Source: an uncultured bacterium (lineage in GTDB: Bacteria; Verrucomicrobiota; Kiritimatiellia; PWTM01). From it: DNA of 64,000 nt. The stretch lies in assembly GCA_938010045.1 (NCBI GenBank), contig CALLFZ010000036.1, forward strand, positions 38,801 to 102,800. The letters run 5' to 3'. Below the pieces are notes generated by a model. That model was not told where the DNA came from. It searched no databases and saw only the letters and a list, made by a program, of their open reading frames with translations. Positions 1-10,109 of the stretch are shown here, piece by piece (the first letter of the stretch is position 1; each line of letters opens with the position of its first letter). Made by a program: the position numbers and the translations under genes.

Positions 1-3000
1 TGGCAGGCGCGCATCATCACGCAGCCCATCGCGATGAGCGGCGCGGTCGCGAAGCCGAATTCCTCGGCGCCGAGCAGGCAGGCGATCGCGACATCGCGGC
101 CGGTGAGCAGCTTGCCGTCGCACTCGATAGTGATGCGGTCGCGCAGGCCGTTCAGCACGAGCGTCTGCTGCGTCTCGGCCAGCCCCAGCTCCCACGGGAG
201 CCCCGCGTGTTTGAGCGAGGACTCCGGTGAAGCGCCGGTCCCGCCGTCGTAGCCGCTGATCAGCACGACATCGGCCTTGCCCTTGGCGACGCCGGCCGCG
301 ACGGTGCCCACGCCGATCTCCGAGACAAGCTTCACGGTGATGCGCGCGCGCGGGTTCACGCACCGCAGGTCGTGGATGAGCTGCGCGAGGTCCTCGATCG
401 AGTAGATGTCGTGGTGGGGCGGGGGCGAGATCAGCTGCACCCACGGGGTCGAGTGCCGGACCTTGGCGATCCAGGGATAGACCTTCTCGGCGGGCAGTTG
501 ACCGCCCTCGCCGGGCTTGGCACCCTGCGCGATTTTGATCTGGAGTTCGCGCGCGTTGACGAGATACTCGATCGTGACGCCGAACCGCGCGGAAGCGATC
601 TGCTTGATCGCGCTGCAGCGCGAGTCGCCGTTCGGCAGCGGGTGGAACCGATCCGGATCTTCGCCGCCTTCGCCGGAGTTTGAGCGGCCGCCCATCCGGT
701 TCATCGCAATCGCCAGCGTCTCGTGGGCCTCGCGACTGATCGAACCGTACGACATCGCGCCGGACTTGAATCGCCGCGCGATCTCGGTCCACGGCTCGAC
801 CTCCTCGAGCGGCACCGCGCGGGACGGGTCCTCGCGGAAGCGCAGCAGGCCGCGCAGCGTGAGCAGGCGCCGGTTCTGGTCGTCCACGAGGCGGCGAAAC
901 TCGTCGAACGCGGCCGCGTCGCCCTGGCGGACGGCCTGTTGCAGGCGCGCGATCGCGAGCGGTTGAAGCAGGTGGGCCTCGCCGTCACGCCGCCACTTGT
1001 AGATGCCGCCCGGGTCCAGCTCGGTGGGGCTGCCGTCGGGCGCGGGGTCGGCCAGCGGCGGCGGCGCCCAGGCGCGCGTGTGCCGGCGCGCGATCTCCTC
1101 GGCGATCTCCGCGAAGGTCGCGCCGCCGATGCGGCTCGGCGTGCCCGTGAAGCAGCGCTCCACGACCGACTCGTGCAGCCCGACCGCCTCGAACTGCTGG
1201 GCGCCGCAGTAACTGCGCAGCGTCGAGATGCCCATTTTCGACATGGTCTTCAGCACACCGTTCGTGGCCGCGTGCAGATAGCGCGCGCGAGCCTCGGCGG
1301 GCGGGCCTTGGATGCGGCCGTGCTCGACGAGCCAGTCCACCAGGTCCAGCGCGAGGTAGGGATGGATGGCGCTCGCTCCGTAGCCGAACAGCGTGGCGAA
1401 GTGGTGGACCTCGCGCGGCTCGCCGCTCTCGACGACGATGCCGCATCGTGTGCGCACGCCGCGCCGAATCAGGTGGTGATGCACCGCGCCGAGCGCGAGG
1501 AGCATCGGCAGCGGAGCCGTCTCGGGGCACGAAGGGCGGTCGGATAGAATTAGAAGGGTCCGCCCGCGTTCCCTGACGGCGCGTTCGGCGGCCTCGCCGA
1601 GCGCGGCAAGCGCCGCCTCCAGTCCCTCGCCGCCGCCGCGCGGCGTCCACCGGGTAAAGATCACCTCGGCGGCCAGGCCGGGCGCATCGAGCGCGCGTAG
1701 TCGGTTCATCTCGTCGGCATCAAGCACGGGGTGGTCGAGCCGCACCTGGCGTGCGGCCGACTCCTCCTCCTCGAACAGGTTGCCCTGCGCGCCCAGATAG
1801 ACCGTGAGCGAGGTGACGAGCTTTTCGCGGATCGCGTCGAGCGGTGGGTTCGTGACCTGCGCGAACAGCTGGTGGAAATAGTCGTACATCAGCCGTGGTC
1901 GCTCGGAGAGGATCGCGATCGGAATGTCCGTGCCCATCGAGCCGACTGGTTCCTCGCCGCGCTCGGCCATCGGCCCGACGAGGATGTCGAGGTCTTCGCG
2001 GCTGTAGCCAAATTCACGCAGGCGCGCGGTGAACGGCGCGGACTCGGGGGGTGGCGGCGAGCCGGGGGGCAGATCGGCGGGGCGCAGTTGGTGGCGTCGG
2101 ATCCACGTCCGCCAGGGGCGGCGTCGGATCGCGGCCTGCTTGATGTCCTCGTCGTCGATGAGGCGGTGACGAACCAGATCCACCAGAAAAATGCGCCCGG
2201 CCTCGAGCCGCCCCTGGCGCTCCACCATCGCCGGTGGGACGTCGAGCACGCCGACCTCCGAGGCGAGCACCACGAGGCCGTCACGCGTGAGGGTGTAGCG
2301 CGAGGGCCGCAGGCCGTTCCGATCGAGCACCGCGCCGACGAGGTCGCCGTTGCTGAACACGATCGAAGCCGGTCCGTCCCACGGCTCCATTAGCGCGGCG
2401 TGGTACTCGTAGAACGCGCGGCGGTCCTCGTCCATCTCCTCGTGGTGCTCCCACGCCTCGGGGATGAGCATCATCAGCGCATGCGGCAGCGTGCGGCCAG
2501 TGTGCACGAGCAGTTCGACGACGTTGTCGAGCGTTGCGGTGTCGCTGGCGCCGGGCGTGCAGATCGGCCGCAGCCGCGCGAGGTCGTCGCCGAAGAGCGG
2601 CGAGCGCATCGCGGCCTCGCGTGCGGCCATCCAGTGGATGTTGCCCCGAAGCGTATTAATCTCCCCATTGTGGCAGAGGTAGCGGAACGGCTGAGCGAGG
2701 TCCCAGCTCGGGAAGGTGTTCGTGCTGTAGCGTTGGTGGACGATCGCGAGCGCGCTGGTGAGCTCAGCGTCGTCGAGGTCAGGATAGAAGGCGGCCATCT
2801 GGTCGGCCAGGATCAACCCCTTGTAGACCAGCGTGCGCGAGGAGAGACTGCACACGTGGATGCGATGGCGTTCGGGGAGGTCGGAGGCGCGGACGTGCCC
2901 CTCGAACTGTTTGCGGGCGACGTAGAGCCGCCGTTCGAACTCGTCGCGGTCCGCCGCCGCACCGGCGCCGGCGAACACCTGTTCAATGGCCGGCCGCGCG

Positions 3001-3440
3001 TCCCGGGCGACGTGGCCGAGCACCTCCTCGCGCACTGGCACCTCGCGCCAGCCGAGCGGTTGGAGGCCGCGTTCCGCCAGCGCTGTGTCGAGCATCGCCC
3101 GGGCGGCGGCGCGCGCGGCTGCGTCCTGCGGCAGGAACACGTTCCCCACTGCGTAGGCACCGACCGGCGGCAGGGTTTGCACGGCCGGAGCGACCCGCCG
3201 CAGAAATCGGTCGGGCAATTGGAGCATGATGCCGGCGCCGTCGCCGGTCCGCTCGTCGCAACCGCAGGCGCCCCGATGTGAGAGGTTTTGGAGGATCTCG
3301 ATGCCCTGGCGAACGATCTCGTGGGTCGGCATGCCGTCGAGGCGGCAGATCATGCCCACGCCGCAGGCATCGTGCTCAAACTCCGGCTCATACAATCCGA
3401 TGCGCCCGGGGCGCTGGCCATCGTTGGGGCTCCGGCTCAT
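1..3440 (-). CDS. gltB: glutamate synthase large subunit, N-terminal ~1146 aa; 3' end lies beyond position 1
   Basis: Reading the minus strand from the ATG at 3440..3438 gives [31 protein letters not shown]..., the class-II amidotransferase Cys1 region. In the same frame, at about 545..490, it gives [19 protein letters not shown], the GltB FMN-domain signature. There is no stop before position 1, so the ORF is absent from the track. Confidence 0.85.
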   Translation of the reverse strand, partial: MSRSPNDGQRPGRIGLYEPEFEHDACGVGMICRLDGMPTHEIVRQGIEILQNLSHRGACGCDERTGDGAGIMLQLPDRFLRRVAPAVQTLPPVGAYAVGNVFLPQDAAARAAARAMLDTALAERGLQPLGWREVPVREEVLGHVARDARPAIEQVFAGAGAAADRDEFERRLYVARKQFEGHVRASDLPERHRIHVCSLSSRTLVYKGLILADQMAAFYPDLDDAELTSALAIVHQRYSTNTFPSWDLAQPFRYLCHNGEINTLRGNIHWMAAREAAMRSPLFGDDLARLRPICTPGASDTATLDNVVELLVHTGRTLPHALMMLIPEAWEHHEEMDEDRRAFYEYHAALMEPWDGPASIVFSNGDLVGAVLDRNGLRPSRYTLTRDGLVVLASEVGVLDVPPAMVERQGRLEAGRIFLVDLVRHRLIDDEDIKQAAIRRRPWRTWIRRHQLRPADLPPGSPPPPESAPFTARLREFGYSREDLDILVGPMAERGEEPVGSMGTDIPIAILSERPRLMYDYFHQLFAQVTNPPLDAIREKLVTSLTVYLGAQGNLFEEEESAARQVRLDHPVLDADEMNRLRALDAPGLAAEVIFTRWTPRGGGEGLEAALAALGEAAERAVRERGRTLLILSDRPSCPETAPLPMLLALGAVHHHLIRRGVRTRCGIVVESGEPREVHHFATLFGYGASAIHPYLALDLVDWLVEHGRIQGPPAEARARYLHAATNGVLKTMSKMGISTLRSYCGAQQFEAVGLHESVVERCFTGTPSRIGGATFAEIAEEIARRHTRAWAPPPLADPAPDGSPTELDPGGIYKWRRDGEAHLLQPLAIARLQQAVRQGDAAAFDEFRRLVDDQNRRLLTLRGLLRFREDPSRAVPLEEVEPWTEIARRFKSGAMSYGSISREAHETLAIAMNRMGGRSNSGEGGEDPDRFHPLPNGDSRCSAIKQIASARFGVTIEYLVNARELQIKIAQGAKPGEGGQLPAEKVYPWIAKVRHSTPWVQLISPPPHHDIYSIEDLAQLIHDLRCVNPRARITVKLVSEIGVGTVAAGVAKGKADVVLISGYDGGTGASPESSLKHAGLPWELGLAETQQTLVLNGLRDRITIECDGKLLTGRDVAIACLLGAEEFGFATAPLIAMGCVMMRAC

Positions 3441-4936
3441 CGGTGGGCCTCCGTTGCGGCCTCGAGGAGCGGTTCGAACGCAAACTTGGGCGCCGCCGAA
3501 CGCACTGGCTCGGGGTAGCGGCCGGTGAAACATCCCGTGCAGTAGCGGTAGGGCTGCGAGAGCTCCGCGCGCAATCCGTGGAGGCTTAGGTAGCCCAGAG
3601 TGTCGGCGCCGATGATCTCCGCGATCTCGTCCGGCGCGCGGGTGGCCGCCGCCAACTCTGAACGCGTTGGAAAATCAATGCCGAAGTGGCAGGGCCAGCG
3701 CACTGGCGGGGAGGCGATCCGCACATGCACTTCCGTGGCGCCCGCCTCGCGCAGCGCGCGGACGCGCCGCCGCACCGTTGTGCCCCGCACAAGAGAGTCA
3801 TCCACCACCACCACCCGCCGCCCGCGCACCACGTCGGCCACGATCGCAAGTTTGAGATCCGCCGCATCCGTCCGCTCGGCGCTGCTCGGCTGGATGAAGG
3901 TGCGGCCGATGTAGTGGTTGCGGATGAAGCCGAAATCCAGCGGTAACCCCGTCTCCCGCGCAAAGCCGATCCCCGCCGAGACGCCGCTGTCCGGGATGGG
4001 AATCACGACGTCCGCCCGCACCGGGTGTTCCTGCGCGAGCCGGCGGCCGAACCGGACCCGCAGCTCGTGCACGCCTTCCCCAAATAGCCGGCTGTCTGGC
4101 CGCGCGAAGTAAATGTGCTCGAATACACACTGTCCGGCGCGCGCGCGCGCGGCCGCGAACGTTTCGCGGGTGAGTCCCCCCGGGCCGATCCGCAGGATCT
4201 CGCCCGGTTCGATCTCGCGCACGAACTCGGCACCGACCTGATGCAGTGCGCAGCTCTCGCTTGCGATGACATGCCCACCGCCCAGACGGCCGAGGCACAG
4301 AGGGCGGAACCCATACCGGTCGCGCACCGCAATCAGTTCGTCGCGATGCAACAACAGGAACGAAAACGCGCCACGAAGTGTTTTGAGCGCCGCGACCAGC
4401 GGCGAGGGGCGGCGCACAAAGCGCGGGTGCGCGAGCATGTGCAACAAGATCTCACTGTCCGTCCCGGTCTGAAAAATCGCCCCGAGCGCTTGGCAGCGGG
4501 CGCGCAACTCCGCCGCGTTCGTCAGATTGCCATTGTGCGCGATCGCCCAGACGCCATCGCGGCACTCCACCGCGATCGGCTGGACGTTGCGGAGGTCGGA
4601 GGCGCCCGTCGTCGAATAGCGCACATGGCCAATTCCGATCCTCCCACGCAGCGCGGCCAGCTCCGCGGCGTTCCGTTCGGCCATTTCGGCCACCAGGCCC
4701 ATGGCACGCACCGCCCGCACCACCCGGCCGTCGCTAACGGCCACACCCGCCCCCTCCTCGCCGCGATGCTGTAGCGCCATCAGACCCCGCAAAAGAACCC
4801 GCGCGGCGTCCGGGACCCCATAGACGCCAAACAGTCCGCAGTGATGCCGCGGACGGTCGTTCCAGTGGCCCGCCCGCCGCTGGCCGTCTTCGCCGCCCCC
4901 CGCCGGCGACTCATCCGTGTACCCAAAAGCACTCAT
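3437..4936 (-). CDS. purF: amidophosphoribosyltransferase
   Basis: Translation contains CGLFGVYG (Ntn catalytic Cys), [39 protein letters not shown] and the PRTase motif [12 protein letters not shown]. An ATG at 4936 would leave a ~31-aa propeptide; the ORF remains open in frame up to 5041. The stop TGA overlaps the gltB ATG (ATGA). Confidence 0.9.
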   Translation of the reverse strand: MSAFGYTDESPAGGGEDGQRRAGHWNDRPRHHCGLFGVYGVPDAARVLLRGLMALQHRGEEGAGVAVSDGRVVRAVRAMGLVAEMAERNAAELAALRGRIGIGHVRYSTTGASDLRNVQPIAVECRDGVWAIAHNGNLTNAAELRARCQALGAIFQTGTDSEILLHMLAHPRFVRRPSPLVAALKTLRGAFSFLLLHRDELIAVRDRYGFRPLCLGRLGGGHVIASESCALHQVGAEFVREIEPGEILRIGPGGLTRETFAAARARAGQCVFEHIYFARPDSRLFGEGVHELRVRFGRRLAQEHPVRADVVIPIPDSGVSAGIGFARETGLPLDFGFIRNHYIGRTFIQPSSAERTDAADLKLAIVADVVRGRRVVVVDDSLVRGTTVRRRVRALREAGATEVHVRIASPPVRWPCHFGIDFPTRSELAAATRAPDEIAEIIGADTLGYLSLHGLRAELSQPYRYCTGCFTGRYPEPVRSAAPKFAFEPLLEAATEAHR

Positions 4937-4984
4937 CGGCGGTCTGTAGGATAGCCGGAAACATGCCAATGTGCCAAAAAAAGC

Positions 4985-5085
4985 GCAACAAATTGACCTT
5001 GACGATGTTGTAAATGTGCCGGCAACGGATATTGGCGACAAATATGTCGGATCAGGTCGCCGTTTCGCACAAATGTGTCATCTGA
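4985..5085. promoter_or_regulatory. four direct copies of an ACAAAT(G/A)TG(C/T)C-like near-palindromic site in the AT-richer purF upstream region
   Basis: The sites aacaaattgacc, gtaaatgtgcc, cgacaaatatgtcg (CGACA-N4-TGTCG inverted repeat) and gcacaaatgtgtc (CACA-AA-TGTG) are spaced 23-31 nt apart, 50-150 nt upstream of the purF start. Confidence 0.3.
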
Positions 5086-5440
5086 CGGCGTTCGGACGGC
5101 GCGAACGACGAAGCGCCGTTTCGCGTCATCGCTGTGGGCACTCAACGTGACGGACATGACGCCATACTCATTTGTGGGAAGGACGGAACCAGCACGGCCG
5201 CGGCGTACGTGCCCTGCATGTACCCGATGGGCATGGGCGGCACGATGGCCGGTCCAACCCTTGGACGGTTGCCGACGCGTATCTTCCAAACCTTGGTCAT
5301 GGGTTCGGAGTGTTGGCCCTGGCCGCGACGAGCCGATTGCGCTTCCGATTCTTTTAAGGGGATCAAATGGGGACAGGCACTGGCCCAGAGAGGTGCCGGT
5401 CCCCTTTGGGGCTGCATGGCGGCTGACGCGAGGCAACTGC

Positions 5441-5548
5441 CCGCGACGTGCCTGTCCCCAGGGAGGATGCCCGCGACGTGCCTGTCCCCAACGGCCGTCC
5501 CCAACGGCCGCGAGTGGCTGCGAGGGGCTGTGAGGTGCCTGTCCCCAA
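5441..5548 (+). repeat. island A of the dispersed 16-nt repeat GaGGTGCCTGTCCCCA (3 copies, plus a tandem GTCCCCAACGGCC x2)
   Basis: gacGTGCCTGTCCCCA occurs at ~5445-5460 and ~5475-5490, and gagGTGCCTGTCCCCA at ~5533-5548. The same 13-16-mer recurs at 14318-14385 and 47767-47955. Confidence 0.7.
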
Positions 5549-5853
5549 GGAGACCCCGGCGACGGGCGCGGGGTGGTTGGGGTAAACGATTCCTCCATTC
5601 GCCGAGGCCAGTATTGGCCGCTCATTTCCTTTTCCGAACAACGCAATCGGTCGGGCTGCGACGGTGATCGCGCGCGGCTGGAGTGCCGGCTGCCCCCGCC
5701 CCTGCAGGGCTTGCGGACGCCGAGCGCCGTCCAGCGCAAATGCCGAAGCGCCCTCTCTTGGCGGCCGATGGCCGAAGCCTTAGTAATATCCGATGGGACG
5801 CGCCGCCACGTCCGCGTTGGCGCCATGATGATGCCGTCGAAGGTTGCCCGCTC

Positions 5854-8800
5854 TCAGCGAGGGGAGGCGGCGGGCGCGACGCGGCTGAGCACCGCGCGAG
5901 CATGCCGGGCGTAGTGGCCGTGGAGGTCGTCGGCATAGCGTTCGAGGATCGAACGCCCGAGCCCGTCATGGTCCCCGCAGCGGTACAGCGCGCGCGCGAG
6001 CGCGATCTCGCGCAGTGCGTCGCGCCTCACGCGCGTATCGGTGCCGCCTGAAAACCGTCGCGCTTTCATATCGGCGGTTGTGGTGACCCAGTGACCGCTC
6101 ATACCCGGCCGCCGCAACACTTCGGCGAGCACGGGTGCGGCGCGCGGATCGCCGAGCGCCTCCAGCGCGAGTGCGACCGCGCGGTGATGCGAAAACGCGA
6201 CGGTCGAATCAAGCGTGCGAGCCTTCTCGAGCAGCGGCTCGAGCGCCTCCGTCGCCCGGGTTCGGCCGAGCGCGATCATCATCGCATCGAGCGGCGCGAG
6301 GCTCGGGCCAAACTGGCCCATGGCTCGGAACTCCCACCCATCCGCCCAGCCGCGCGCGCGCACCGCGGCGGCGAGCGTCGGGGCGCCGGTCGGATCGCCG
6401 AGCATACCGAGCGTCATCGCATAGGTGAGACGCGCCTCGTCGTTGGTGGCGGCGGCGTACGCGGCGCGCAGCCGAGGCAGCGCGCGGTTGGTGTCGGCGA
6501 GCACCACCTCGAGACCGGTCCAGTCCTCCGGCAGCACGCGCACGGCCCAGTCGAGCCGTTCGTCGGGTATCGGTGGGGTGTCATCATCGCTCAGTGCCGT
6601 TTCGGGCACGATGCGCTTCTCGAGGAGATGGCGCTGCAGCGCGCGCACGTCGAGCGCGCGCAACGGACAATCGTGGCGCGCCGCCCAGGCCGCCGCGACA
6701 CCCGCCGCATAGCCGTGGTTCTGGATATCCGGCTGCATGCGCAGTACGGGCAGCGCGTCGCGATGCGCACTGATACCGAGGCCGATCACAAGCAGCCGTT
6801 CGACGCCGCGCGGCAGCAGCGCGCGCAGTGGCACCGGCACGGTGATCGAGGAGCGGTCGGGCGGGCGCAGCGCGAAGATCGAGTGAACGGTGTAGCCGTG
6901 GGTGTCGAAGTTGCTCTGCGCGAGGGCGATCGTGTCGCGCCACGTGCGGCCCAGGTAGAGATCGAGGGGCGAGATCTCGACCTCGCCGACAATGCGCCGA
7001 CGCTCGCGGGTGTCGATTAGGCGGGCAAGGTCCCACGCCTCGGCGAACAGCTCGCGACCCACAATGAACGCGCGCCAGATGTCCATGATATCGGTCTCGT
7101 CGACGAAGGTGTAGTCGGTGTTGATGTAGTGCCGGCTTAGGCTGCGGGGCGAGAGGCCGGTGCCCTGCACCGCGACCTCGGCCTCGTCGGTCCAGACGCA
7201 GGGTGCGCCGGCCGCCGCGGCGATATCGGCGTTGCCGGTGGCGTCCACCACGCAGCGTGCGCGCACAACGAGCGGCCCCTCCGGCGTTGCGACCACCACG
7301 CCACCCACGCGATCGCCCTCCAGCAGCGCCGCGATGCCCAAACAGCCGAACCAGATCTCCGCCCCGGCCCGACGCAGCTCGCGCCGAAGCCACTCGCTCT
7401 TATGTTCGACGTTCCACCGGTGGGCGGGTTGGGTCTGACCGGACAGCGCCGCAACGCCCGCGTCCATCTCCGCGGTGAAGCCTTGCCGGTAGCCGTGGTA
7501 GTATGCGGCGATCTGCCCCCACGTGCCGACGCCGCCCAGGCCGTACAACGACTCGATCACGAGCGTGCGCACGTCCTGGCGGGCCGCGCCGATGCCGGCC
7601 GGGGCGCCGCCGGTGCCGCCTCCGACGACGATCACATCATACTCCGCGGCGACCTCGAGCGCATGTGCGTCGAGTTCGATCCGCTCGAGACCCGCCCAGC
7701 GGGGATGGGTTTCGGGCGGGACAAACCGCGCACGTGCGGCCGGCGGTCCGTCGGACTTGCTGAGGGAGCGGAGCCGCACACGGCCGGCCGGTGGGGTGCG
7801 TCGGGCCTCCTCGGCGGCCGCGCGACCGATCCGCTCGCCGACCCGCAGCCACTCGTCCGGACGCAGCATCGCGGGCAGAGCCGCGCGCTCCACGGCCATC
7901 CGCGGGCCGAGCACCCAGACCTGCTCGATGCCGGCCGGCCGAGCGACGTCGAGTGGCCAACGCGCCGCGCCGGGCCACGGCCCCGCCATGGCCGCGCGCG
8001 CGACAATCGGAGTCGGCGCGACCTCGAAGAGCGTTTCCGAGGCATCGCGCAGATCCGGACTCCAGGTCGCGTCGCGCGCGTCTTGTTCCACGTCCGCGCG
8101 CACGGGCCATCCGACATCCGCAAAGGGCAGCACGAGCCGGTACTCGATCAGCGGCAGACGCGATCTATCCTCTGCGCGCACGAAGAGCGGCGGGTCGTGG
8201 GGAACCGGCGTTGCGATGCCGGAGCGCACGGGTTGGCCGCCGATGACAACTCGGCGGAACTCACGCGGGCCGGGCGGCATCGGTTCGAGTGTCGCGCCGG
8301 CCATCCGCGCCACGATCGCGTTCGGCGTTGCATCGAGAATCACGGACGCGCGGATCGCTTGCAGCCCGGAGCGGTTCGCGATCACGAGACCGGCCGGACG
8401 GCCGTCTTCGGCCACGAGCACGGCGAAGGGGTGCGAAGCGAACAGGAACGGCACCTCCGCCGCGATCAACGCGTTGTCGAGCGTACGCTGAATCCGCAGC
8501 GGCCGGGTCACGCGCACCCGCCGCGGCGCGGTCTCGGCCGGCGGCGCTGGCGCCTCGATCGCGAGCTCGGCCAGCAGCACCCGCCGGGCATCGGCCGCGG
8601 GCTCGACCTCGACGCGCACATATCGCTGGGTGGCAGAAAGTTCCGCCTCGATTGGCTGTGAAGCCTCCTCGGCGGGCAAGTCGGTGCGGGCGTTCCGCAC
8701 GGCCACGGGCGCGCTCCAGTTCTGCCCATCGGCCGAGACCGAGACCCGGAGTCCACCGACCGCGAAATCCGCGGGCCGCTGGTAGGCGAACAACACGACA

Positions 8801-9294
8801 CGCCCGATGGGGCGCGGCTCGCCCAGATCGGCGGTGATCGTGACCGGACCGTTGTACTGAACGCTGTCCTTCGCGGCGCTGCGGTCGCGGCCGTCGGTGA
8901 GGCGTCCGGGCGGCGTGGTGTCGCGGTGATGTGGGTCGTCCTCGCGATCCGCATGATAGCGGAACGTCCATCGGCGCCCCGTGGTCTGCTCGGGTTCGTC
9001 CGGAAACATCTCCCGCAGCCACGGGTGGTCCGGGTCGTTCTCGCCCTCGCGCCAGATTCGGAGCGTGGAGCAGAGGTCCTCGCCGAGGTAGGACCACGGC
9101 GTCACGAGGAACACGCTCGCGCCGGCCCGTCGGGCTTCTACCGCTGCGGCGACGGCCGCGAGCGATCCGCCGACGACCAGCACGTCCGCGTTCGTCAACA
9201 CCGGCACCTCCATCCGGGGCACCGCCACCGTCGCGGCCCGGGCGTAGCCGGCGAGCACGGCGCCGGCGGCCGCCAGTCGAAGACTACGCTGCAT
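5854..9294 (-). CDS. secreted protein with two FAD-dependent oxidoreductase (PF12831-like) modules, a discoidin-like segment and C-terminal HEAT-like repeats
   Basis: Signal peptide MQRSLRLAAAGAVLAGYARA. Two Rossmann dinucleotide motifs, DVLVVGGSLAAVAAAVEARRAGASV and YDVIVVGGGTGGAPAGIGAARQDVRTLVIE...GLGG. The C-terminus has repeated LG-DP----L-- HEAT-like units. Confidence 0.5.
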   Translation of the reverse strand: MQRSLRLAAAGAVLAGYARAATVAVPRMEVPVLTNADVLVVGGSLAAVAAAVEARRAGASVFLVTPWSYLGEDLCSTLRIWREGENDPDHPWLREMFPDEPEQTTGRRWTFRYHADREDDPHHRDTTPPGRLTDGRDRSAAKDSVQYNGPVTITADLGEPRPIGRVVLFAYQRPADFAVGGLRVSVSADGQNWSAPVAVRNARTDLPAEEASQPIEAELSATQRYVRVEVEPAADARRVLLAELAIEAPAPPAETAPRRVRVTRPLRIQRTLDNALIAAEVPFLFASHPFAVLVAEDGRPAGLVIANRSGLQAIRASVILDATPNAIVARMAGATLEPMPPGPREFRRVVIGGQPVRSGIATPVPHDPPLFVRAEDRSRLPLIEYRLVLPFADVGWPVRADVEQDARDATWSPDLRDASETLFEVAPTPIVARAAMAGPWPGAARWPLDVARPAGIEQVWVLGPRMAVERAALPAMLRPDEWLRVGERIGRAAAEEARRTPPAGRVRLRSLSKSDGPPAARARFVPPETHPRWAGLERIELDAHALEVAAEYDVIVVGGGTGGAPAGIGAARQDVRTLVIESLYGLGGVGTWGQIAAYYHGYRQGFTAEMDAGVAALSGQTQPAHRWNVEHKSEWLRRELRRAGAEIWFGCLGIAALLEGDRVGGVVVATPEGPLVVRARCVVDATGNADIAAAAGAPCVWTDEAEVAVQGTGLSPRSLSRHYINTDYTFVDETDIMDIWRAFIVGRELFAEAWDLARLIDTRERRRIVGEVEISPLDLYLGRTWRDTIALAQSNFDTHGYTVHSIFALRPPDRSSITVPVPLRALLPRGVERLLVIGLGISAHRDALPVLRMQPDIQNHGYAAGVAAAWAARHDCPLRALDVRALQRHLLEKRIVPETALSDDDTPPIPDERLDWAVRVLPEDWTGLEVVLADTNRALPRLRAAYAAATNDEARLTYAMTLGMLGDPTGAPTLAAAVRARGWADGWEFRAMGQFGPSLAPLDAMMIALGRTRATEALEPLLEKARTLDSTVAFSHHRAVALALEALGDPRAAPVLAEVLRRPGMSGHWVTTTADMKARRFSGGTDTRVRRDALREIALARALYRCGDHDGLGRSILERYADDLHGHYARHARAVLSRVAPAASPR

Positions 9295-9377
9295 CCGTTT
9301 ATCCTCCTTGTGACGACCCGCCTCGCGCACGCCGACGAGCCGACCTACAACTCACATGACACTCGGGCGCCCCACAA

Positions 9378-10109
9378 TCACCAGTCCGATTCGCCGTGGC
9401 GCTCGCGCGACGCGGAGCGAATGGCGGGGGACAGCAGGGTTTGGTACTGCGTCATCAGCGAAACGCGCCAGCGGTCGCCCACGGAGCGCCCCAATTCTGC
9501 GGTGCACGAGCCGTCGCTCCAGCCGGCGTGGTCGGTCCCGAAAAAATAGCTGTGATAGTGGCCGCCCGCCCATCCGGCGGTGATCCGCAGCGTCCGGTCG
9601 GCCCATCCGCCGAGCGGGATGACGCGCTCCGCGGCCAGTTCGACGAACGAGTCATCGTACTCGAGCACTTCGTGCCAGAGCGACACCTCCAGCGCGGGCA
9701 GCCAGCGGGCGGCGCTCCCCTCGAGCGGCTGCCCGCGCAGCCCCGCCGCCAGTTCGGCGCTCGTGCCGGTGGCCTCGCTCGGCTGCGATATGACAGACGT
9801 CGCCAGCCCGAGAAACGGACGCAGAACTCCCGAGACGGCGGGCGCCCATCGGAGAGTCACGTCGGTCTCGGTTGGCCGGCCGGCCGCGCGATTCGCGTTG
9901 GCGAGGTCGATGTTCATCCACGTCGTCACCGTCCATTCGCCTCCGAGCAATAGTGTGAGCGCGGGCTGGGCCACCGATCCGTCGGTGTACGGCACTCCGC
10001 GGAACAAGTATTTCGACCAAACGGAGCCTTCGATCGTCGCGCTGAGCTCAGCGGCCGTGGCGCCCGTCCCGAGCAGCGCGGCGGCCATGGTCAAGCGAGC
10101 AGCGACCAT
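9378..10109 (-). CDS. exported hypothetical protein, possibly a small outer-membrane beta-barrel
   Basis: Start MVAARLTMAAALLGTGATAAELSA (signal peptide), with an alternating amphipathic pattern after it. The 5' end overlaps the upstream oxidoreductase gene by 19 nt. Confidence 0.4.
   Translation of the reverse strand: MVAARLTMAAALLGTGATAAELSATIEGSVWSKYLFRGVPYTDGSVAQPALTLLLGGEWTVTTWMNIDLANANRAAGRPTETDVTLRWAPAVSGVLRPFLGLATSVISQPSEATGTSAELAAGLRGQPLEGSAARWLPALEVSLWHEVLEYDDSFVELAAERVIPLGGWADRTLRITAGWAGGHYHSYFFGTDHAGWSDGSCTAELGRSVGDRWRVSLMTQYQTLLSPAIRSASRERHGESDW

Noticed and set aside
723-3281. Long plus-strand ORFs (723-1547, 1731-2393, 2400-3281) across the first 3.4 kb
   Set aside because: Arg/Ala/Leu-rich antisense products. 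The minus strand here encodes gltB (FEHDACGVG and [12 protein letters not shown] motifs in one continuous frame).
5441-5548. CRISPR array interpretation of the GTGCCTGTCCCCA clusters
   Set aside because: Repeat unit only 13-16 nt, spacing irregular (24-57 nt), copies dispersed over three distant loci, and no cas genes.
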